A stretch of 60,804 nucleotides of DNA, filler included, from Sphacelaria rigidula (GCA_964200075.2; 10 parts of 10 records of this genome joined end to end with filler, not necessarily neighbours in it); one strand, 5' to 3'. Shown: positions 25,751-38,281, numbered from the whole stretch's first letter. Notes: a model not told the origin generated them from the letters alone. Program-made: numbers and translations.

Positions 25751-27019
25751 TACAACAGCAGTCCAGAGATAGTAAAAGGGCAGCACAGTCGAGACGATGC
25801 GACAGGCGGGCAAGATCACAATATGCTCCCGGTGTGCCCCGAGATTGAATGGAGAGTCTTTCCGCACAGCCGATCCAACTGAGCATGGCGCAGATTCAAT
25901 TTTCAAGTGAAAACGATACCGGTTCCACGAATGAGTGTGGGGCCCGTGTACGGTGAGAGGTGCACACCCTGGACAAAATATTCCATCGTCAAAAATTGTA
26001 CTGGTTACAGTATCGATTATTGCGTGTATTGCAGTAGACAATAGATTCCATACTGGGCACAGTACATCTTTTGACAATGGTATCCATTGTCCAGGGTGTG
26101 GAGAGGTGGCATCTCCGACGGTTAAAGGGTCCACCGTCCAACGAGGAAATACATCAAACGTCCAAACGCCATGGAGAACGCAGCGCGGAAAGCATATGCA
26201 CCCCAAACCTAAGCAGAACGGGAACGCACCCTAATGCCCAGCGAAATGCAAGCGAAGAGGCTGATACGTACACTGTATAGTATATATATAGAGAGAGAGA
26301 ATATTTTGAACTCACGAGCGTCAAGCATACTTTGTAACGAAGCGTCCACGATATTCAATGCTGATTTTAGTGCCAAACTTCCTCTGCACCCGCCCCGGGA
26401 GATGACTGTTCGGGCCAATGCCAATGCTAGGGGTCCGGTTTGCGGATTCGTACTTTACTTTGTGCGGGGGTACACATGCGTTCGCGACCGTTCGAACGAA
26501 CGCGCGATCGCGGTGATCCTGCAATGTTTCCGGCGGGCATGCACATTCCGAGAGAGGATCTATTTTCACGAGGGCTTGGCAAGGCAAGAATACCGAGACC
26601 CTCGAAAAAGACGGACGGGACCGGGGCGCAGCCCCGGGTCGCGTGCGGCTTGTATATACATACGGAAAGTAGACATCAAAACCAACTCTAACGCTCGACA
26701 GTTTTTCCTCAACCCTTCGACTGCCAGCTACTACAATCATCTTCGAGTGCGTCCGTCATTGCCAAATACGAACGGTTGTGAGATGATTTATTCAGAGTAC
26801 CCCGTACTACAGGTGATATCAGTCACCATCTACGATACTTTTATGTACAGGAGATACGCTTTTAGAGAACGAGTTTCCGCCAGGAAAAAAATGGCCCGTG
26901 GCTTTGACGATTGTACTCCCTGGATAATGGATTGCATTGTTAAAAAATATTTCTGCGTACAGTATGTCATCTACTGCCTATTGGAATAAACGTAATAGTC
27001 GATTCTGAACGCAGTGCAC

Positions 27020-27524
27020 TTTTTGGCAATGTAATAAACCGTCATTGTCCAGGGTGTTGAGGAATGTCAAGGCGGTCAGCTTGTTGATTAATATTGTCGC
27101 CCAAACTCAAGCGGAGGTAGAGGTGCGTTAGTGAGGTACGTAGGCATATTCGCTTTCATGTGGGGCATGCGGACATGCTTTCTACTTTCACATGTTGGAG
27201 CGACAGAGTTTCTTACTGCCATAAAACTGAGCGTATTGCAGCGGTGGCGGATGACACGCACGCGCCCATGCGTTTTTTGGCAATGTAATAAACTGTCATT
27301 GTCCAGGGTGTTGAGGAATGTCAAGGCGGTCAGCTTGTTGATTAATGATGTCGCCCAAACTCAAGTGGAGGCAGAGGTGCTCTAGTGAGGTACGTAGGCA
27401 TATTCGCTTTCATGTGGGGCATGCGGACATGCTTTCTACTTTCACATGTTGGAGCGTTAGAGTTTCTTACTGCCATAAAACTGAGCGTATTGCAGCGGTG
27501 GCGGATGACACGCACGCACCCATG
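27020..27524. repeat. Recent tandem duplication, 254-bp period, two copies
   Basis: TTTTGGCAATGTAATAAAC at ~27021 and ~27275 with near-identical downstream sequence (duplicate ORF translations in the track). Confidence 0.92.
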
Positions 27525-28427
27525 TGGGGTTGTCGTCGTCGTCGTCGTCGTCGTTGTTGTTGTCGTCGTGTGCATGTTGTTGACACTTACGGTCTAGAAT
27601 TTTTTCTTCACTGTCAAGCTTGTCAAGCTGGGTATGTTCCGTCGGAAGTGCTTTCCTGTGTGCATGCCATATATAGCGACGATAAGTCATGCCACCATAT
27701 GGGGGAAAAATGAATATGTGCATATATATATATATATATCAGGCTTGAATTGTTGGAAGCCCTGTATCCTACCCGGAAAATAACTTACGGGATACGTGGG
27801 AGCATCCAATGGGCTGGGGATATCTCAGATGAATTTTAGAACGGGAATGTCCTGACCTATACTCTCGGGTATATTTCAACTCTTGGAGCCCCTCAATAGA
27901 GAGTTTCGGGAAAAAATAAAAACTTAGGGATAAAAGCGAGAAACGACTGGATTGTTTACGCTTAGACCCCAGGTTTGTTTTTATTTATTTTTTACCACGT
28001 AGTTGTGGACCGTCGTCAATTTTTCAGGGTTTAGTATATTCTTTTCCGAATTCCACGTGGTCGGTGTCATGAGTTAAAAAGGTACAAGTCGTGCCGTGAT
28101 TTTCTGCGCTTGTTCTCTGAGCCCACCCATGCGGTGTTACCCGTACTGCGCGGGAGAGAATGTACAGAACCGTGCTATGATAGGTTGGGTGTTTGATTCC
28201 AGGATAAAAAGACACACTCGCTGTGCGCTTATATTTGGGTAAAACGGCGTCAAGCAGTATGAATGAGAGTTATTTATCGGTAACACGCGCGTTCTGACGA
28301 TCTTTGCTCCTCAAATCGATTCGAAGTTGATTTTAGTGAAAGCAACGAACCAAAATACCCTCCGTCCTATCCTTGCATGACTTTAGTTGTTTATGCTGTC
28401 CCCGTACCGTTGAATACATAACAGCAG

Positions 28428-28654
28428 TATATTCGACTTAATGGTCGAGGAGGGAAAGGGACTACTGAGCCCCTTTTGCGATAAAATATGAAGGCAAGCA
28501 CCGCAGAAGAAAGGTGGAGCACTAAAAACAAACAAAAGGGGAAAAAACTCCTGTGTTGACCTTCCTCCTGTGTGACCCCGGCTGGTGTGCCCACGTGTAC
28601 CGCGAGGTGTAGACCGGCGTGCAGAATAGATGGGACGACAACTCACACACACAC
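28428..28654 (+). mobile_element. SINE family A, 5'-truncated
   Basis: ATGGTCGAGGAGGGAAAGGGAC...CCTTCCTCCTGTGTGACCCC...GATGGGACGACAACTCACACACACA. Confidence 0.8.
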
Positions 28655-28979
28655 AGTACCGTCAGCACAGCCTCCGGGTACGAACCCGGCATAGTACACA
28701 GCGTTGGGCACAGAGGCAATGCACCTCGGCGCCCGCTAGTCATTCACAAGTCCTGCACATGGTACAGCACGATTGAGTTGAGACAGTTGAGAGTTGTACT
28801 GTAGTACTGTTGTTGCACTGTCTGTGGACAGTTCAACATACTTTTGTAGTAAGTGTTCTGTACTGTACTACTTTCTGTAGTGCATGTGTGCACATGCCTG
28901 TGTGTGTGCGTTTGCATTCTCTGAGCAAGTACAGTCGTTCTCGATAAAGGTTCACTACACACAGTAATCCTAGCTGCGT

Positions 28980-29250
28980 GGAGGCGAACGGGGGAACAGA
29001 GACACCTGTCGACCTGGCTGACGATGATGTGGAAGGGCTGAAGTGGGCCACTCATGCAGCCGCTACGAGGATCTCGACAAAATGGCCACCCAACGGTGGT
29101 GTACCTGCGCGAGCTATTATAACGCAAGCTTCACGTTGGGTGGCCATTTTGTCAAGTCCTCGTAGCAGCTGCTTGAGCGGCCGACTCCCGCCCTTTTGCA
29201 TCATCAAAGGCCAGGTCGACTGGTGTCTCGGCTCCCCTGTTCGCCTTCAA
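28980..29250. repeat. Long inverted repeat/foldback (~115-bp arms, ~35-bp spacer)
   Basis: GGCGAAC.GGGGA..GAGACACC.GTCGACCTGGC...GACAAAATGGCCACCCAACG is mirrored by CGTTGGGTGGCCATTTTGTC...GCCAGGTCGAC.GGTGTCTC..TCCCC.GTTCGCC. Confidence 0.85.
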
Positions 29251-30689
29251 GTGTTCCACTCTCGTGAACGAGCTGCCATCACCAGCGCTGTCGCGGGCGT
29301 TCACGGCATCCGCCATCGCCTCACTTGCGGTATTTGTCCTACGGCTGTGTTCTGTGACCGTGGTCGTTATGGGGCAGGGTGTCTAGTTCCGTTTCGTAAC
29401 GCTGAGTGTAGCACCAACGCTTTGGGGTGTTTAGCAAATCAGGGTTTATTTGAAAACTTGAAATTAATCCTGAGTTGCTGCGCGTGTTTCTTCTCAGGGT
29501 TCAGTTTTCGGGGTTTAGCTAGGGGAATTCGTCATATCCTGGCCTTACATCCCAACTTCTAAACCCTAAACCTGAGTTTTTCCGGCCGGTTTTGTGTTTC
29601 CGAAACTCTCCAATGACACACATGTGAGCCTTGATTAATGTGCAACTCGACCGTGGCATGACTCCGATCACCCTTCTCTCCCGCGGTGCATGATGATGAG
29701 TACCCCCCCCCACAATGGTCTTATGACTATGGCATGCATGATCATGAGTACACCCCTGCCCCCACCGTAGTATGACTGCTCCCCTCCTTTCCCGTCCCCT
29801 TCCCATCGCCCTCCCGCCCTGCCCAACCTCGTTTTTGCTTTTTCGAGGTGGATTATATTTTTGTCGGTCAGCCAGAAATCCAACAGTATGTGACACCTGA
29901 CATAAGTATGTACCGTAACTGACGGACATCATGCGTGTTTGGGGGTGTTCATTTGTTTGATTTTTCTTGTCTCAGCACTTTACTTTGTTGTCGTGTATCC
30001 CAGTACGAAGTCAGCGTCAGATAAGTTCTCTACCTGTGCCGATGCTTCCTTTGCTCTTTATGGGCATACATACCTTGGCTGCGCTTATGCAAGTTAGTGC
30101 GGGCGATGATGATGGTTTCCAGTCTCTGCGTACGACATGGTATAGGACGCATTTGCAAGTATTGTACCGAGACCATCGGAATCCAATCGAACGCCGAGTA
30201 TATTCGCCAGAGCGTGGGCACTCAGTAGTCGTGATAGCTAAGCGTATCGGACTCAACGTGTCTCCCTCCCCTTTGCCCCTCCCATGAGGCAGTGTAAAAG
30301 CTGTGGCTGTCTCTGGAAGTGGCGATGCCACAGAATAAAGCAACTCATAGATCGNNNNNNNNNNNNNNNNNNNNNNNNNNNNNNNNNNNNNNNNNNNNTT
30401 AATTAATTAANNNNNNNNNNNNNNNNNNNNNNNNNNNNNNNNNNNNNNNNNNNNAAGGAAACTAGTTTTAATTCAATGCCTCAGTCATATACCATCACAC
30501 AATCTCACGAAAACCTTGTTCAGTATCGCCACAATCCACGTCTCGTGTAGAATTCAAACTGTAACACTTTGGTACACTCCACGGTGCTTTAGCCTACCAA
30601 ACGAATACTCAAGCAAGCGGAGCTGCTTACCACCTACGATACAATGGTAGTACTGGTATTACACTCTCCGACGATCCTCAACTTTAAGA

Positions 30690-31415
30690 AGTTGTATTAG
30701 TTCGCCGAAATGGCATGCCTGCCGTTACGGGGCATTATCTTGCCGAAATGTTACCCCGTATTGGTGCACCAGCCGACACAGAACATTTTGTCTCGGTGGG
30801 ACAACAACTTCTCCCTCTTACGGGACATGCTAACTTGGAACCCGGCGATATTTTAGGAATCGCCGCCGCTCCCCTGATGCACATCCCATTTGAGACGTGC
30901 GTAACAGAGCCTGCCGAGCCCGATGCACCAGCTCCGACGGAGTCAATCCATTGTGTCGCTTAACCTTTTTCGACCTCGCCTCTGCGACTGCACCCCAGAT
31001 CCACACCGTGGATCCTGCCCGGTCAACTTCCGATCCTCCTGCTAAAGTGCTTCAACGCTCATCACCAGATTCCCGGAATAGTTTCTTGCAAATGTGGAAC
31101 CAACTGCCGCCACACATGCGTGATATCAATTTTGACCTTTTTGGGCCCGGCTGGGAACCAGCGGTCATCCAAGAACTCAGCGATGCCCTGCTACAGTACC
31201 AAGACCGATTTTTCAGATCCAAAACGAATCTTGGGCACTGCAAAACGCTGTCCTTTGAGGTTACACTCCAACCCGGGGTCTCGCCAATATCGTCGCGAGA
31301 ATACCGCACAAACCCAGTCCTGAACAAAAAAGTGAATTCCATCTTAGATGTATATTTAGGAGCGGGATTAATACGACATTCCTCCTCTCCGTAGGCCTCG
31401 CCACTTGTAGTCGTC
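30690..31415 (+). mobile_element. Ty3/Gypsy pol remnant (protease-RT linker and RT N-terminus), frameshifted, cut by nested LTR insertion
   Basis: LLQYQDRF...LGHCKTLSFEVTLQPGVSPISSREYRTNP...LGAGLIRHSSSP*ASPLVVV is the canonical start of Gypsy RT. Confidence 0.85.
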
Positions 31416-31892
31416 TGTAATAAGGATAGGTATGGAAAGGCTCCACACACCTTCCCTGATAGATCAATGTGCCGCAAGCTATGCACAAGGTACAGTGATG
31501 TGTCCGAGAGATATGTGTTTCACAAATCACAGGTTCACGTGGCTGATGGTCAACAGTAGCAAACAAACAAAAGGAGCTCGAAGGCTTGATATCTGGTAGT
31601 TCTCGCTTATTGTTCTCTTGCTCGCCTAGCGTACTGTTCTCACCAAAGGTAGGCAGTAGGCAGAGAGGGCAGCTGAGAGAGTGACCAAGGATGTATGCAA
31701 CGCAACCTATCTGACCTAGGCCCGAGAAGGCGTTCCTCCCTTTCGGGGCTAGGGTACGCAAGCCTGCATGCCAATTTCCCCCAAAACCATGGGAGTAATC
31801 CTCATGGACAGATCGGATGATCTGTAAGCCAACCTGCCCCCAAACGGTCTGTAGGAACAAATAACGTCTCTCTATCTTCCTTCCTCATGACA
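31416..31892 (-). mobile_element. 3' LTR (477 bp) of the minus-strand Gypsy element
   Basis: Minus strand starts TGTCATGAGGA and ends TCCTTATTACA (TG..CA, 9/11 inverted match); preceded by G-rich PPT GGGTGGGTGAG (31893-31903); lies downstream of the pol stop. Confidence 0.75.
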
Positions 31893-32496
31893 CTCACCCA
31901 CCCAGACGAACCTCTATTTGAGTTGCGATGAAATCTCAAGAGCAACTAAAATTGAGGCTTGTCTCACCCATCAAGTCATGAGTAGGCAACGCGAAAAACA
32001 AAAACAAGAGGGCAAAGACCAACCCATGCCCGATCCTCCCATACCTCATTCGAGAAAAACTAAAGGTGCCTCAAAAAGCGCAATTACGCAATTACGGTTG
32101 ACTGCGCAGTAGCACACAATGCTGCTGCGAGCTAGCGAACAGACGGGAAAATCCCACAATGCTTTGACGCGCTAGCTAGATAAAAAGCAAAGGAAAACCT
32201 CGCAAGGGACACAGTGGCAATCTCAAGCAGGGGAACAGAAACGTGTCGACCCGAAGAGAGTCGGGTGCCAGCCGGACAAAGTGGTGGCAGCGTAGAGGCC
32301 AATGGAAGGGGACGAAGGGGGTCCAAAGGAAGGCGTCGAAGGGGTCCATGAGGGCAGAGATGAGCCGCGATAGGAGAGCCATAGTTGGTGAAGCAGTGAA
32401 GAGGAGAGCGTACCTGAGTGGGGATAAGGGAAGTACCAGAACCAAACTGGGAGGGGAGAGAAAAATCGCGATAAAGGGAGTTCAGAAAGAGAGGAC

Positions 32497-35400
32497 TCAA
32501 GATGGTGCATTGATGTCGTGTGTACGATCGATATTGCGCTGGAGGCCTCGGCGTAGGCCGTGTGACTTGAAGAGTTGTAGGCACCAGGAATCGCGGGGTG
32601 CGGAGGGGCTAGTCGTGTATAAATCGGGGCGGAGCTTGAGCTGAACGGGCCCAGGGTCGTCGAGGAAACGCACGATGTACGTGTCAGCCGCGAGGGCATC
32701 GACGGGGTGGATCTGACCTAGCCACCAGAGGTAATCGCTGACTTTTTACCACAAACAGGTACCTTTCGGGAGCGGTTGTTGTTTTGCGCGAATTTTTTCG
32801 TCGCATTGCTTGGTGGTTACGAGTTCGTGACCATCGGCTACAAACCGTAATCCTTTGTCGCGGTGGAGTTCGGGGGCTGCAGCACCGCGTCTCATGTTGC
32901 GATATCCTTTGTTGTCAGCGAGCTGTTGCTGTGGGGATTGCGTCCAATGAAGAAGGATACCACGACGGTGCAGTTGAAGGTCGGACTCGCGTTCCCAAGA
33001 CGTACGCCGAAGACCTTGCCAGTGTGTCTTGTACATAACAGCAATTTTGCCGCCAGGACCTCAAGTGATTTGGAGGTCGGAAATGTGGGACACGGCCAAG
33101 CGGAGAGGTTGTTCAGTCACGTCATCGGTGGTAACGTGGTACGGTGGAGATTTTGTTGAGTAGCTGTTGAGCACGTATTGAGTGAGACCTGCAGGCAGGT
33201 ATCGAGGCATGTCAGTAGTGCCATGCGGGTTCGTGCAAGGCTTGCAACGATGCACAGAGACGCGAGATTTAGCGTCATGTCCCAGGAGGTGACGAGGTAA
33301 ATCGAGGTAGAGGAGTTTGTCGCCAACAGGCTTGCCGCCTGGAGACGTTGGCGAGGGTCCTACTATGATAATCTTGAACGGACCCGTCCAATTAAGGCAC
33401 AGTTTGGTCTTCAAGACTGTTGCCTGGGCAGTGCGGTCAGCGCCTTGACGGATGGTGGATAAACTGTGTAGATCCAGACCCAATCGACGATTTTCTAAGT
33501 AGGGCGTTTGTGCATCAAGTTGTAGAGGGCGGTATTGGATCTTTCAAAGCATGAGGCGTTGATAGTGTGTTGTTCGCGCACCAAAGTGAAAGCCTTGTGC
33601 TGACGAGCCCTGGCGCGGTCGTGGTAGGACATCTGATCCTGTTCCAGACCTTGGTGACCATCGAAGGTATGTCTTTCGAAAACGGTGATGGGCAGACGAG
33701 GGTAGCGTCCAAGATGTAGCTCGTTGGGCAAGAGGCCTGTAGCCGCGTTAACCGAACTGTTGTAAGGCAGCATGACATGCGAAAAGTGAATGTCCCAGTC
33801 ATTCTGGGGGTCGTTTACGACCATGGAGAGCATTTGAGCCATCGTGTGGTTCACACGTTCAGTTCCACCGTTACTGTTAGGGTGGTAGGCGCTTGTCGCA
33901 ATTTTGCGAATGCCGAGGAGCTTGCACAAAGCATCCGAGAGTTCGGAGCACAATTGTTGACCATGGTTGGCGAGGAGCCGTTTCGGGCAGCCATTCACGG
34001 GTGGCCACTGGGGTCTGTAACCTGGCCAGTTTGGGACCTTATTCGCCTTTGGCAAGGTCCGCGGGTTGGGTAGACAACTGAAGAGCATTCGCACAGCATG
34101 GACAGGATCGAAACAAAACATGTCCCAGTCTATGGGCGGGTGACTCCCTTGTAGACTGGAACATGCTTTGTTTCGAACCTGTCCATGCTGTGCGAATGCT
34201 CTTCAGTTGTCCACCTAATCCGCGGACCTTACAAAATACGGATAAGGTCCCAAAATGGCCAGGTTACAGACCCCAGTGGCCACCCGTGTAGTGCTTAATG
34301 TAGTCATGGACGAGAATGTCCGCTGTGCCGACAGCAGTGAAATCGCTAGCAGTAACAGTGAACATAGGGTGACGGCTGAAGCGATCGGTGAAGAGCAGAA
34401 TGTAGGGAATACCACGGTCAGTGATGGGTAAAGGGCCGAATTGGTCAAACGATACGAAGTGACCACGAGCGGTTGGAAACTCCATGGAAACCATCGGCCA
34501 TCGTATAGTTTGTCGAGAGGTTTTGCGAGCCTGATATTTGAAACATCGTCAGATCCAAAAATGCGTGGATGCTTCCATGCCGATCCACCAATAAAACCGT
34601 TCAAGGAGCGCTAACGTGCGCGTGACGCCTAAGTGGCAGGACAGATCAGAGTGACAGCCCTTCATGACCCACGGACGCATCATGATAGGGACATAGATAC
34701 GGATAGGGGCTTTACGACGCCTATGTGCCGGAGTGGCAGTTATTACTGCGGCAGCTGTGCTCAAATTGGAGTTGGGTCGATGAACAAGCGAATGGATATC
34801 GTCGTCAGTCGCGAAGATAGTACCTTTGCGTGCAAGCTCGAGCACTTCAGAGGCGGTGGGGGCGGGTAGAGTGCCAACGGGAGTCAGGATCTCAGCCGGG
34901 AAAGGGGTGGGGCAGTGAAGCCGTAAGTACCTCATTGTCGCGCGACAAAGCGGTTCCTGTTGTTGGTCGCGAGTCCAATCGCGGTGAGAGTAGCTAGCGA
35001 GAACTTGTCGAAGTTGTCCTTCAGCCGGAGAGCCAACCAAACATAGTGGCTCAGGAGGGGGTGGCACAGGTGAGGAAGCAGGGGTGCCGGCGTCAACATT
35101 TTGGTCCGGAAGCGGATCTGACCCATGCGGATCGCGAATCAGAGGCGCAGGGGCAGGGAGATTCCCAGAAGGCTGCGTGGGGGTAGCGCGAACTGGTGAA
35201 GGTGATCGGCGCGTCGGGCGCGCAAGGGGCGCGGACTTTGTCGGTACAACAGTGGGTCCGCGGCCGGTTGTGGTAGGTGTCGTACGGCTCGTGAGGGCAC
35301 GAGGCGGCGGCGGCGACGCATTGCTAAAAGCGGCCGACGGCGGCGGTGGTATCACGGCACGCGAAGAAATTGCACGAGCTGCCGACCGAGAACGCATGTT

Positions 35401-35995
35401 GTCGGAGATGAGGTGAACAGTTGGTGGTGGCGGCGCCGAGATGTTCGCCCGAGGGCCGAAAGTGCGGAAGTCGGCAAAACCAGCAGCTGTGGGCGCTGAG
35501 CCATCCAAAACTGCATCAGGGGACAGAGGGCGCCCCCCCCCCCCATGTGCAGACCTGTTTCAGGGCATTGCAGGTCAAGCGCGTAGATGGACATAGAAAA
35601 ACGCCGAATGGGGTAGACGCCTGGTTCATCAGGTTCAGTCAAGCGGCAAGCGGGACTGAAATCTACCGCTGTAGGGGGCAGAGGAAATCGCGAAAGAAGG
35701 TCAGCATTGCCGTGGTTTTTCCCGGACGGTATTTAACAGTGTACTGGTAAGCAGTCAAGAACTCCCTCCACCGTTGTACGCGGGGGTTATGTTCTCCAAC
35801 CTTAGCGAGTTGTTCAAGAGCTCCGTGATCGGTATAGGTGTGGAAAGGCACGTGGAACGAGTACTGTCGAAGCCGTTTAATAGCCCAAGTTACGACTCCG
35901 CCTTCTAGTTCGAGTGGACTCCAGTTTGCCTCGTTCGGGAGGGTTGCGCGGCTGATGTACAAAATAGGTCGGGCAGAGTCATCCAGTTAGGGCTG
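32497..35995 (-). mobile_element. Decayed Ty3/Gypsy (chromovirus-like) pol: RNase H, Pro-rich spacer, integrase, chromodomain, PWWP-like domain
   Basis: RNase H: ISRATLPNEANWSPLELE...YTDHGAL...RVQRW...YTVKYRPGK. Zn-binding: HSDLSCHLGVTRTLALLERFYWW. Core: SFDQFGPLP...FTDRFSR, TSAYHPNSNGGTERVNHTM. GPY/F: WTGPFKI. Chromo: YKTHWQGLRRTSWERESDL. Multiple stops and frameshifts. Confidence 0.95.
33996..34288. mobile_element. 293-bp near-palindromic MITE inserted in the integrase core (TA target, Tc1/mariner-like)
   Basis: CACGGGTGGCCACTGGGGTCTGTAACCTGGCCA...TGGCCAGGTTACAGACCCCAGTGGCCACCCGTG, arms ~135 bp; removal restores HDYIKH(Y)GCPKRLL. Confidence 0.9.
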
Positions 35996-38048
35996 GCATT
36001 ACTATCTCCCAGGTTCTTGACATCTTTCGCGCTCTGTTGTGACGGTGGGGTCTGTGTCATCGGTGTTCTCCTGTCAAGGGGTGTTTATACCCCGTACGTG
36101 TTACACCCTGTACTCGTTATGCCCTGTGCGTGATTACTCCATCTTGGGAACGATCGCCGCGTGATTCTCATCCTACCTTCTCTCTTTTGATGCAGTCCTC
36201 TTCAGCATACAGGCGTATGGACTCGTCTGCACTGTTCCCTACCTTTTACGTACCTGGTAGTACCGAGTGATGCCCCAACCGAAACATCCATAATACAGTG
36301 ATGGTTGTGATTCGTCTCGTGATGCCAAGTTTATGTGCATCTCACGACCATGATGGAGATACGGAGATACTGTTGGAAATATGCACAGCCGGGCTGCTTG
36401 CATTGTGTGAGTTTTTACTCTGGTAGCAAATTAGCGGGACAACTNNNNNNNNNNNNNNNNNNNNNNNNNNNNNNNNNNNNNNNNNNNNTTAATTAATTAA
36501 NNNNNNNNNNNNNNNNNNNNNNNNNNNNNNNNNNNNNNNNNNNNGTTGTGGGGGCGACACCGGGTAGAGACCCCGTTTACCAGGAGGGTGTTATTGACCG
36601 TAAATGGTCCAAGAAACATAGTTTTCCTGATTTAGCGCAGTGACTAGGTGAAATAAAAAAAAAAACGATTCTGTTTGAGTCTTCACATATTTAATCCGGA
36701 TCGAGTTGGTCCACCGAAAACACCGAAAAGCTTTACCCTGGGGTCGTATTTTTGCAGGACCCCCGAAGATCGGTCAAGTCCGTAAGTCACTCATGATTGA
36801 TCACAGATGATTTTTCTTTCAATATTTGTCAAGAGAATCAAATATCTCCGGATGCCCATTTGTTTGCATCCAACGGTCACCGTGATGAGCGGTGGCAAGC
36901 GAAACAAATTTGGACAATCTTTGAGAACTAAGAATTTACGGATTCTGCATACTTCTGACGCTGACTACTGTAGTCTTCGACAACACCGCTGAACATCGGG
37001 TACTTTATGCGGTCTGCGCTCCATCCCGAAGTCAAAGCTTCACTTTCCCTGCTAGTTGCCAGCAACCGTTGTGCCACTTCTGTCGCCATCACCCGCACCA
37101 GCACCCAGGTTTCAGCGCCAGATGCCCTTCCGATATCCGCATTGTCAACATGAGCTGCCGCCGGGGACTCCTGCCCTCTTTCAGCCGTCAGTTTCTCGAG
37201 AAGACTGGTGATCGTGTCTAACTGCGTTGACAGTAGCTTGGTCTTCTCGGCAACATCGTTGAGCCAATTACTGTTTCACCAACTTGCTCTTCCAGCGACA
37301 CGTTCTTTATCGGCCATGTTGCACACTCAGTAGCGAAACACCCAATGGAAACTAGTGTGTTGAGACATTCTGCCTACTTGTGTCACGCAGGTCGCAAGTC
37401 ATAGGTGATGAACGAATGTCGGCACGGCGCACAGGGCATGGCTTGCGGATCAAGCCCGGCCATGAGCCATTCAGCGGTAGAAAAGACGTACAGTACAAGG
37501 AGTGAATTCATATGTATGTCTACAAAACCAATCAATCGAACGGATGATGGTGTCTAACTTCGTGAAAGCTAAACCGAAGTCAAGTGACTGTTATTGCTGT
37601 AGTCGGAGTCAGGCTAGGACTCGATGAGGAGTGAGTATAGACTCAAACTCACGTGGGCTATCACGGGCCTCCGATCACTGCTGCCGTTCGACAAAAGAAT
37701 GTGAAACGTGTCTATTCTCCGACATGTGGAGTGAGAGAGGAGATGAAGCTCGGGAGCTTGATAGACGGGGGACATGCAATGCGGCGGCCACTGTGAGAGT
37801 GACAAACAAGCGTACCAGATCACAGTGACCCCTCGCTTGAGCGGTGTTGCAACCGCACTTCACAATATCATCTCGGTCGATGCTCCGAACCGATCGCGCT
37901 CTGCTGTTTTCTTTGTGTCGTCGGGTAGACCTACTCGTGTCATCGACAGCTACCCACTGATTCATTTCGTCTCCTCATGTTTCCATCCGTGCCGACCACA
38001 ACTGAGGTATCCGTCAGGATCTCCCCGGACCGACTGTCACGCTTGCAG

Positions 38049-38281
38049 AACTACTGCCCTGCTTGGACAATACGGTGGTGAATTCCCTCGAAACGTGGCT
38101 GGAAAATCGTGTCCCGCTATCGGCGAACTCTGCAGAACCGTCGAGAACCGATGCGCTCCCCGCCGCGACGGTTTTTCAAACCACGCCAGAAGCATGTGCG
38201 AGTGAATCTACTGTAGAGGGAAGATCCACGGCAACCGAGGATGCTGCTGCTGACAAGGCTGCACTGACTATACAATCGCAG
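38049..38281 (+). CDS. Putative exon of unknown protein
   Basis: TTGCAG| acceptor, CAG|GTGAAG donor, open frame LLPCLDNTVVNSLETWLENRVP...LTIQSQ ending in phase 0. Confidence 0.4.

Noticed and set aside
26234..26989. 251-aa ORF
   Set aside because: No recognisable motif; it crosses simple repeats and a MITE; likely a chance ORF.
28978..29562. 194-aa ORF
   Set aside because: Overlaps a GC-rich inverted repeat; no protein-family signal.
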